64,000 nucleotides of DNA, taken from Candidatus Micrarchaeota archaeon. Its GTDB lineage: Archaea > Micrarchaeota > Micrarchaeia > Anstonellales > Bilamarchaeaceae. Shown here piece after piece: positions 28,100-36,400 of this stretch (positions are counted from its first letter, which is position 1; every line of letters begins with the position of its first letter). The translations under genes were made by a program, and so were the position numbers. The DNA lies in the NCBI GenBank assembly GCA_043812915.1, contig JBDRLQ010000016.1, positions 36,318 to 100,317 of the forward strand, written 5' to 3'. Below the pieces are notes generated by a model. It was not told the origin of the DNA. It saw only the letters and a program-made list of their open reading frames with translations, and did no database searches.

Positions 28100-29381
28100 G
28101 GCTCTTCTCCCAAGTTAGGATAAAATGTATGGTGTATTTCATGAAGTTTGGAGACAAACATGAAACACAACCATACGTCTGTAATCAGGAACTTATATGC
28201 TTTTAAGGGCTTCCGAATTTCCCAGGTTTTTCTCACTGAAAAAGAGCTCAGGATTTTCCTGGAAAAAACAGTGAAAACTGGCATCTGTCCGGCTTGTGGA
28301 AAAAGATGCAGGAAGATTGAAGACATGTATGAACGCACGGCCAGAGATCTTGACTGTGTCGGCAGGATTGCTTTCATCACTTTCAAACAATACAAGATCA
28401 GGTGTGGCTGTGGCTACAGAGGAATAGAAGAATTGGGTTTCCTCGATAAATACAGCTTCTGCACGAAAAGACTTGAGGAATATGTCTTTCTCCTCTGCCA
28501 GAAGATGAGCATCAAGGATGCTGCCCAGCTATGCAAGCTGAATTGGAAGACTGTGAAGAACATCGACAAGAAGTATCTACGGCAGCTTGTTACTCCCCTG
28601 TCAGAACTCAGCCCCAAGAGGATTGGTGTTGATGAGATTTCCCATGAGAAAAGACACAAGTACCTGACTGTTGTGAGGGATCTTGATCTGAAGAGAGTAA
28701 TCTGGGTTGGCAAGGGCAGAAGAAAAGAAACCCTGGATGAATTCTTCTCAGAGCTTGGAGAAAAGAAGGCCAGGCGTATTAGGGTAGCTGTGATGGACAT
28801 GCATGATCCCTATATCGCCTCTGTGAGTGAGAACTGTCCTGATGCAGACATTATCTTCGATAAATTCCATATCAGCAAGAAGGTGAACGAAGCCCTGGAC
28901 TCTGTGAGGAAAAAGGAGTTTGGCAGGGCAGATGCCCAAGAGAGGAAAAACATGAAGAGGAAGCGTTTCCTCATCCTGAGCAGGAAGAAACGCCTGGATG
29001 ATGAGCAAAAAGAAACAGTTGAGGACCTCAAGAGGATAAATGCCCGTCTTTATGAGGCATATCTGCTGAAGGAGCAGGTCCTGGACATCTTTGATGAAAA
29101 AAGAAATCATGACTGCATTATCCAGATTTATCAGGTGGTCCACCAACGTAGAAAAATCAGGTTTTGTTGTTTTTCAGAAAGTTGTGAAAACACTCAAGAA
29201 TTATTTTTATGGGATAATGAACTACTTTTACTACAGAATAACCAATGCTGCATCTGAAGGATTCAACAACAAGATAAATGTCATCAAGAGAAGGGCGTAT
29301 GGCTTCAGGGATTTGGAGTACTTCATGCTGAAAATCCTGCAAAGTTGTGGCTTGAGGTCATCCTAAAGTCGGAGAAGAGCC
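28100..29381 (+). mobile_element. ISL3-family insertion sequence with imperfect terminal inverted repeats of about 21 bp
   Basis: IRL GGCTCTTCTCCCAAGTTAGGA (28100-28120). IRR reverse-complement GGCTCTTCTCCGACTTTAGGA (29361-29381), 17/21 identical. They bracket a transposase with ISL3 signatures. The element is lower in GC than its flanks. Confidence 0.75.
28148..29366 (+). pseudogene. ISL3 family transposase interrupted by a +1 frameshift in an A6 run (about 29096-29103)
   Basis: N-terminal zinc-finger (CPACGKRC), VDEISHEKRHKYLTVV, and C-terminal RITNAASEGFNNKINVIKRRAYGFRD are hallmark ISL3 motifs. The reading frame switches between ORFs 28148..29257 and 29091..29366. Confidence 0.75.
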
Positions 29382-29420
29382 TTTATATTTTTTTGTATCC
29401 AACCCTATTGCTGTGATAAT

Positions 29421-30305
29421 ATGGCAGGCGTAAGTAGGGCAATTCGGCCAATTGATTCTGATTTACAACAGATGCAGCAGTCATTCAACCAGCTCTTTAG
29501 GGCCTTTCATATCCCTCCTGCTGACCGTGCAATTGTTCAGCTTAGGGTAAATCGGTACATCGATGATCTTATTTTCAATGTCGGTTTTGATGGCCGCCTT
29601 GCCCACTTTGATTCTATCCTTCCTTCTGAATTGCAATCATCTTCAGACGGTTTTGCAGATAGGAGGGCTGCACTCTCTTCAGTAGAAATAACTTCTACAA
29701 TTGTCAGTTCTATCGCCCGGGCACATCGGGAAAATCCAGGAGGACGTGACTTCTATTTTGTCTCGGCTCCAACAAGGGATGGCGATGTGACACGTGTTAT
29801 GGATGAATTCGCGGTTCCTGCAAGTGAAAGGGATTCAACACATGTTCTTTTGGAAGAGCTGGAAATCCCAGGCCGCTTTAGGGCTGATATTCTTGCCTGT
29901 GCCTTGATTATTGAGCGGGGGCATTATCCAAGCCCAAGAAATTTCATGGGCAACTTCCCCTCAACATTCCCTGAATCCCGAGACTGGAGCATCAGGGCGG
30001 CTTGGACATATTTTACCCGTCTTGTTAATAGTGCCGAAATAAGTAATGAAAGAATCCCGATACTTGGCGGAGCCACCCTTCGTGATAGGCTGATGCCATC
30101 TTTTAGGGAGGTGTTCAATATCCTTGATTCTCTGGCACAAGGAAACGTATCAAGAGAAGAAGCATATTCTGGGGCTATCGAGGCTCTTCGCAGGTATAAT
30201 AATTATTCAGTATTTCCTGGATTTTTAGGGCATTTCCCCCCGGTGCTTTTAGAAATAGGGACTTCGATTGTCAGGGATTCTGTGCCACGAAGAGTGAATC
30301 CATAA
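29421..30305 (+). CDS. hypothetical protein (294 aa), lower GC than the host average
   Basis: ORF with no recognisable family. Immediately outside the IS right end. Confidence 0.45.
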   Translation: MAGVSRAIRPIDSDLQQMQQSFNQLFRAFHIPPADRAIVQLRVNRYIDDLIFNVGFDGRLAHFDSILPSELQSSSDGFADRRAALSSVEITSTIVSSIARAHRENPGGRDFYFVSAPTRDGDVTRVMDEFAVPASERDSTHVLLEELEIPGRFRADILACALIIERGHYPSPRNFMGNFPSTFPESRDWSIRAAWTYFTRLVNSAEISNERIPILGGATLRDRLMPSFREVFNILDSLAQGNVSREEAYSGAIEALRRYNNYSVFPGFLGHFPPVLLEIGTSIVRDSVPRRVNP

Positions 30306-30331
30306 ATCTAAGAAAAAAGATTTTGAACAGA

Positions 30332-30600
30332 CTATTCTCCGTCAGTCCCCTCATCAACTATGGTCCCTTCCGGAGCTTCAGGTGCATTTCCGGGAGGACA
30401 CAGATATGCATTTCCGCATTCAGGGGCATCGAATTCTCCTGCCTCCTGCAGTCTCCTCCAGGAAGGGCATGCGGCGTTCTCGCATCCGGTAATCCCACCC
30501 ATGCCCATTAAGCCCATGTAGACGCCTATCTGGTTCCATCCAGGGTCATTCTAGTCCTCAAAACTGAGTTTGAAGCGGTCTACATAGTCTAATTATTAAT
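30332..30600 (-). pseudogene. orphan 3' fragment of a paralog of the adjacent 943-aa secreted protein gene (in-frame stop; 5' part missing)
   Basis: Minus-strand translation FKLSFED*NDPGWNQIGVYMGLMGMGGITGCENAACPSWRRLQEAGEFDAPE aligns with the C-terminus of the 30729..33443 product (CKLNYYDKTDSGYNKLAVYMSLMGY...GCENVACPSWRRLQEGGDFDVPE). Homology stops abruptly at about 30600. Confidence 0.7.
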
Positions 30601-30728
30601 TTCTTCTTATTTTCCTTTTTTGCACGCCGCAAGTGTCTTAGTCGAGCCAGATCAATAAAATGAACAGGCTCATCCATATTCATTTAGATTGGGAATTAAG
30701 AGCCAATGATCAGCTGAATGGCTTACAC

Positions 30729-33443
30729 TCATTCCCCTTCTTCTTCCTCATCATCAAAATCAGGCACAGAGCCCGGTGGCTCGCTCTCGTAGTGGGCGTA
30801 TGGGCTTTCCTCAGGCACATCGAAGTCGCCACCTTCCTGGAGCCTCCTCCAGCTCGGGCACGCGACATTCTCGCAGCCTCCGGCTCCAAGCTCACCCTCG
30901 CTGTTGTATCCCATCAGGCTCATGTATACCGCAAGCTTGTTGTAGCCAGAGTCCGTCTTGTCATAATAGTTGAGCTTGCAGCTGTACACGTAATCTATGA
31001 AGTCCTGGATTCCCCAGCAGTATGGTTGTTCGTCCTTCATGTCGCCCTCAGCGTGGCATGCCGCCAGGTATAACGGGCTGACGCAGTCCGCGTTTGTCCA
31101 GTCCTTCCTCTCCTCGAATTCGGTTATCCAGACCGCTCCCTGGTCGTTCCCCCAGGTTCCGAAATAAATGTGCCCTGCGATGTAGTACTCAAGCACCCTC
31201 TCCTTGTCAGGATTGTCCCTGATTCCGAAGAGGTCTCCATCATCCCCCCGGGTTCTGTACTTGTCAACTACCTGGCCCGCCATTTCCACAGCTCGCGCAA
31301 TGTCATAAGTCCCCATGCAGGCTGAGTCCGCGGGGTCGAAGGGGTTGAAATCATAGCCGCACTGGGTGATTGCCCGATCAGGGTTGTCGGCAGTCCTTCT
31401 GTTCTGGCCAGTTCCGCCATCCCTGGTCTGCACCGCGTCGATGAACTGGTCCTCATACACCCCGCAATCGGATGGCGAGTCCTCGTAGATGCAGAACTCC
31501 TCCCTCGGCCAGAATGTGTAGGGGCTGGTCATGGTCTGCATAAGCCCTGTCGCCATCCATCTCCAAGATGGGGTTTCCCCTGCCGCATCCGGATCGGGCT
31601 GGGGCTCAAGATTGTAATTGCATTCTCCGCTTGGGTCTTCCATGAAATTGTATCCAGCGCTGTATTTTCCGGGAATGCACCTGCTCGGGCAGTCTGTCCC
31701 GCTCCTGCATGAGCAGGCGGCGGCGCACATGTCCATTCCGCCCTCTGCAATCGCGACAGCGCGCGCATATAGCGGATCGATGTTATGCGTGCTTGCCCAG
31801 CTATCTATCATCGGATAGGCCGTGCAGGCAATCTCCATGTCTGTAAGCCCTGGGAAGCGCTCACGCGTTTCGGCAGACACGCTGACTCCCCTTGGCTCTA
31901 TTATCCCTGCATAGGGGAACTCAAGCTGTTCGTTCATGCACGCGTCGCAGCGCACATAGGGCTCCATGGGTTCGAAAAGGTCAGGGGTCATGGGAGAGCC
32001 GAAATCCCGCAGCCCTCCGGCGCCATATTGCATGTGCAGCAGGCTGTCCCACTGCTCGTTGAAGTTGCATCTGCCACCTGTCTGGTTAGGGAAAACAATG
32101 GGTATCCCGGGGGTTGGCGAGAATTCCCCTGCGCAGCAGTCCTGCTCAGGATTGGCCGCGCAGTCGGCGCAGCTTGTCTCCACCCTCATTATGCCTGTGA
32201 ATCCCTGGCACCCTCCGAACCAGCTCTGCATCCGATCGATGTTCTTTCCGATTGAGCAGTCCTCGCAGCTCATCGGATTCCCGCGCATGCCTCCAAGCGT
32301 TGAATTGAAATCATATGGTGAGGCGCCTATTACCCCGGTCTCAAGGAAAGCTGGCAGGTTGGGGAAGAAAGCGTTATAGCCCCGAATCATCTCTGCCTCT
32401 GTCCATTCGCACTCGACTGAGCCATCCTCATTGAGCACCTCTCCGCCCGAGTCGAAGAGCATGTATGGCATTACCGTCGGCTTCTTGAACGTCTGCCAGA
32501 CGAAGGAAGAGAAGTTGTAGGCATCAAGGTACAAGTCGTTGTAATCGCAGGAGTGCGCCCTGTGGCTGTTCATCCCGAAGGCCACAAGGTCGAAGTTCTC
32601 GGACCGCGGATCCTCAAGAGTGGCCTGCACTCCGGTAATATCATCCATCCTGGCTCCGAGGGCCACCATGCAGTACACCTCGCCGTCCCTTCCATTGGGG
32701 CACTGGTCCTTCATGGCCACGGCCTGCTCAAGAACGAGCTCCCTGGTGGCATCGTCCGATAAATCTGCGTCCATCTCTGTTGTGATTATGATTGGCCCGA
32801 CAGGCCCCCAGAGCTGCCCGTGGGTCACCGATGAGCCCCCGTGATACAAGGTATCCGCTATCGCTCCTGCCCTCGTGACATTAGGCGCCCCGCCGCTATA
32901 TAGCACATAGACCGGCATGACCTCCTTGTCAAGAAGGCAGATTGCCCTTGAGGGGTCAACGTCGCTGTACTGGGCGGTCTCCACATCGCCAATCAGCCAC
33001 TGCACGGCCATCTTCAGCTGGTTGTTGCACCAGCGGTTGGCCTCGCCGAAATCAGCGAAGGTGGGCCCGGCGCCAACCATGAAGTGGCGTATCCCCATGT
33101 CGCTGATGCTGCCGTTGGTAAGGTAATTATACCTCTCCTGGCTCGCCTCATACCTCTCAGCAGGATCATCAATATGCGTGGTGCCGGCAAGGTTCTCGAA
33201 CCTGCAGTCGGCGCCGACAAAAGAAGTGAAAACCCCCCAGATGTTGCTGGAGTTCGTGCATACCATCGCCCAGCACTCTACATCGCCGCATATGTCCACC
33301 TCTGCAGGGTCATATAACGGCACTCTCCCATGCTCGGCGAGCCTGTCCGCCCAGTTTTCGCTGTAGTCATTGCCGCCGCTTATCCGGTCGACACAGCCGG
33401 CAGCCAGCAGTATCAGCAGTATTGGCAATATCACTCTTCTCAT
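30729..33443 (-). CDS. large (about 905 aa) Cys-rich secreted/lipoprotein-like protein of unknown function with an acidic C-terminal tail
   Basis: Start taken at MRRVILPILLILLAAGC (signal peptide plus lipobox-like AGC). About 45 Cys. Conserved C-terminal GCENVACPSWRRLQE motif followed by an acidic tail (DFDDEEEEGE). Confidence 0.65.
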   Translation of the reverse strand: MRRVILPILLILLAAGCVDRISGGNDYSENWADRLAEHGRVPLYDPAEVDICGDVECWAMVCTNSSNIWGVFTSFVGADCRFENLAGTTHIDDPAERYEASQERYNYLTNGSISDMGIRHFMVGAGPTFADFGEANRWCNNQLKMAVQWLIGDVETAQYSDVDPSRAICLLDKEVMPVYVLYSGGAPNVTRAGAIADTLYHGGSSVTHGQLWGPVGPIIITTEMDADLSDDATRELVLEQAVAMKDQCPNGRDGEVYCMVALGARMDDITGVQATLEDPRSENFDLVAFGMNSHRAHSCDYNDLYLDAYNFSSFVWQTFKKPTVMPYMLFDSGGEVLNEDGSVECEWTEAEMIRGYNAFFPNLPAFLETGVIGASPYDFNSTLGGMRGNPMSCEDCSIGKNIDRMQSWFGGCQGFTGIMRVETSCADCAANPEQDCCAGEFSPTPGIPIVFPNQTGGRCNFNEQWDSLLHMQYGAGGLRDFGSPMTPDLFEPMEPYVRCDACMNEQLEFPYAGIIEPRGVSVSAETRERFPGLTDMEIACTAYPMIDSWASTHNIDPLYARAVAIAEGGMDMCAAACSCRSGTDCPSRCIPGKYSAGYNFMEDPSGECNYNLEPQPDPDAAGETPSWRWMATGLMQTMTSPYTFWPREEFCIYEDSPSDCGVYEDQFIDAVQTRDGGTGQNRRTADNPDRAITQCGYDFNPFDPADSACMGTYDIARAVEMAGQVVDKYRTRGDDGDLFGIRDNPDKERVLEYYIAGHIYFGTWGNDQGAVWITEFEERKDWTNADCVSPLYLAACHAEGDMKDEQPYCWGIQDFIDYVYSCKLNYYDKTDSGYNKLAVYMSLMGYNSEGELGAGGCENVACPSWRRLQEGGDFDVPEESPYAHYESEPPGSVPDFDDEEEEGE

Positions 33444-33495
33444 GAGAGAAACCTCTAATAGATAAGAAAAAGGAACAAAAAAGAATAAAAAGAAG

Positions 33496-36400
33496 CTAGT
33501 AGAGCCTGGACCTGCAGCTCGCGTTCGAACAGGTGGCTCCGCGATAGCCCGCGCGGCCACAGTTGGCGCAGTAGCAGACGCTGGACATTCTCCAGGGCCT
33601 CATCGCACGCCCTAGGGCGGCGCCTGTCCTGTCCGCAGTGTCTGCGAGCCTGTTCATATAGCCTCCGCCCCTGTGCCCGTTCTTCACGAAGTCCACAAGG
33701 CTGGTGGTTATATTCCTGAGGCCGAACGATCCGGTTCCGGGCGCTGGCATGTGCCACATGAAGAGCAGCGGGTTGGCCCATCCGAACATCGAGTTCTGGG
33801 ATACGCCGAACCCTCTCATCTCCTGCCCTCTCCTTATCTGGAGGGCTTCTGCGGATATGGTCCTCCTGTGGTGCGTGTCAAGCGCGGAATCGTGTATCTC
33901 CTTTTCGAAGAGTACGGACGCATCACCGCTCCTGAGCATGTTCGCCGCCATGGTCGGGTCCAGCCTCAGGTTCGCCCTGTAGCTGTATGCGCTCAGCCCC
34001 GGGTTGGCAGCTCCTATTCTGACGTCGGAGTACACACCCTCGTTCTGCAGCCACATGTCCTGCGCCGCTGCCCCAAGGCCTCCCCTGAAGTCGTTGCCCG
34101 CAAGCTGCCTCGCTTCAAGGCTGCTCTGGAACACGTTGGACTTGTTGAGCGCCTGGGCAAGCCTGCCCCTGCCTATGCTCGCGCTGAACGGGTTCAGCGA
34201 CTGCAGCGCTTCCAGCACCCTCGGCTGGGTGAAGTTGTACTGCCTGAGCGGGTCGTTCACAGAGTCGAACTTGGAAGCGTATCCCTGCATGGACATCTGC
34301 ATTCCTCTGAACATGTTCGTGTAGGGCGCCATCATCCTCCTCGCGACCGATATCACGGCACCTGAGTGGGCCATGAAGTTCATATATTCGCTCTTGGTCA
34401 TGTACGACTGCAGGTTGTTCGAAAGCGAGTAGGTGTCCTGAGGCCCGAAGTGGAACTTGGCTGCCCATGCCTGGTGGGTTCCGAATGAACTGGAAGCCAG
34501 CCACGGGTTCCTGTCTATCGCGAATGCCCACACCTGGTCGAACCTGCCCTGGTCTATTGCCAGCCTGCGGTATGCCTTCTGCTCCTGGGCGCTGAGCCCG
34601 AGCTGGTTAAGGTCTGCTGACATTATCCTCTGGGCGTTCCTCCATGATGCCTGCCTGTAGAACTCCGAGTAAGGAGTTATCTCCCAGGAAGCCTTGTGGA
34701 GCTCACCACCAGCGGAAAGTGCGACACGCGACACATAGTCCCCGACATGGAGTGCCATGTCCCTGAACGGCTTTATCGCCTTCATCAGGCCTGGAGCCTC
34801 CCAGTTGAACATGCGGAATATGCTCGGGGCAAGGGGCATAACCTCCCTCTTGGCCATCACCTTCACGTCGCTATTGTTCCAGAACTTTCCGTAGTCATAG
34901 GTCTGGTTGCCGTACCTCCATGTGACAGCTCCCAATATCTTCTGCTTCTCATAGCTGTATCCGCCGTCCTTGGCCCATGCGGTGACCTCGTTCATGAATG
35001 CGTTCCATTCATGTGTGGTCCTCTTGCTCTGGAGGTCCTGCCACCTTCTCTCAAGGTCGCTCCTTCCGCCGAAGTGTATGTTTACATCATCCGGATTGAA
35101 GAGCATGTGGGACTTCGTCTCCCTGTTGTAGAGCGACACTTCTCCTGCGAGCATCCTGTCCTTGTCACCTACTGGCATGGCATGCCTGTAGGGGCAGTAT
35201 CCTCCGTCAGACATAAGCACCCACGGCTGCTTGAATCCAGCCAGGTCGTCATATGTTATCTTGCTGCCGAGCACCTTCTTCAAGTCATCCTGGTGCTCCA
35301 TCGCAAGGGTCCTGAACTTCTTTAAGTCCTCTGGATTCTGCATCTTCATGGTCTCAAGGAACCTGAGGTCAGCGTGGTTGCCCGGCATGCCCTTGTTCTC
35401 CTTCAGGGCCTTTTCCATGAACGCTGCGAGCACGTTGTTGTAGAAGCCCGTAGTCTCATGCATCTGTCCCCCATAGGCGTGGTTGCAGAATGTGGAGTTC
35501 GCCCTGTTCCGCATATCCTTCTCTATGTAATCTGACACCCACATCTGCTGGGCCTTGGTCCTCCTCTGGTCGACAGACCAGCTTGTGGAGCCGACTGCCC
35601 GGTCAAGCCTTGCTTCAACAGACGGATCGAGCGCTGTCACGTATCCACCGCCGAACCTGCGGTTTATCCACGGCGCCATTGCTATATTCTCTGAAGTGTC
35701 TATGTGCGAGAGCCAGTGCGTCTTCATGTCTGTCTTGAACGCCCCTGTCGGAGGCGCTAGCTCGAAGGCTCCCTGGTGCCACACCCTCCTTCCATCAGGG
35801 GTCATTCCGCTCTTGGGTATTGCCCCGCCGAACGTGAAGTCCACCATCTCGGCTATCGCGGCTTGGCTGACACTCTTGCCCTTCACCTTCTGGAACATCT
35901 CCCTGCCCTCGGCGGTGAACATATCGGCGAAGTAGCCTCTGGCCCTGTCTCGTATCTTGCCAAGCTGGACCTCGTTCCTCATGTATTCCGGAAGCTCATG
36001 CATGTTGCTTGCCGGATTGAGGGTAACCATCCTGTTGACGGCCTTTAGCCACTCGGACTGGAGCGCTTCCTTTATGCCCGCGCCGTATACGTGGCCTTCC
36101 TCATTCGCATATACCATTGAGCGGAACACCGACATGTTCCATATCTCCTGGGCGGTCATGTGCTCCCTGCCCACGAATGAATGGAACGCGTTGGGGCTGC
36201 TCGCGCTTCCCGGCGGGAAGTCGTTGTGGTGCTGCTCTATCACCTGCTGGAGAGCGAGCATCTTGGCGAATTCAGGCATCTTGGACGCTTCCACAGCTTC
36301 AACACTGCGCTGGAACTGCAGCATGCCCGAGAACTCGCTCCTGGCTATGCCCTGCCTCTCGGCAAGATTCAAGAGCTGGCCGAGCTTCTGCTCCCCGCTG

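Noticed and set aside
29090-29110. Programmed ribosomal frameshift site in the ISL3 transposase
   Set aside because: The required shift is +1, not -1. The A-run does not form a canonical X XXY YYZ heptamer in the zero frame. The ISL3 family is not known to use programmed frameshifting. A mutation or a homopolymer sequencing error is more parsimonious.
28092-29395. Target-site duplication flanking the ISL3 element
   Set aside because: TTTTTTTG occurs on both sides, but the right copy is 7 nt away from the IR end. The T-rich context makes chance matches likely, so no TSD is claimed.
30323-30511. Plus-strand 62-aa ORF
   Set aside because: It is the antisense of the minus-strand fragment. The fragment has clear homology to the C-terminus of the neighbouring 943-aa protein; the plus-strand ORF has none.
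31500-31760. Possible lytic-transglycosylase (SLT) motifs, GLMQ and AGYN, in the 943-aa protein
   Set aside because: The motif order (AEGG ... AGYN ... GLMQ) does not match the SLT order ES ... GLMQ ... AYNAG. The catalytic ES is absent. I treat the resemblance as coincidental.
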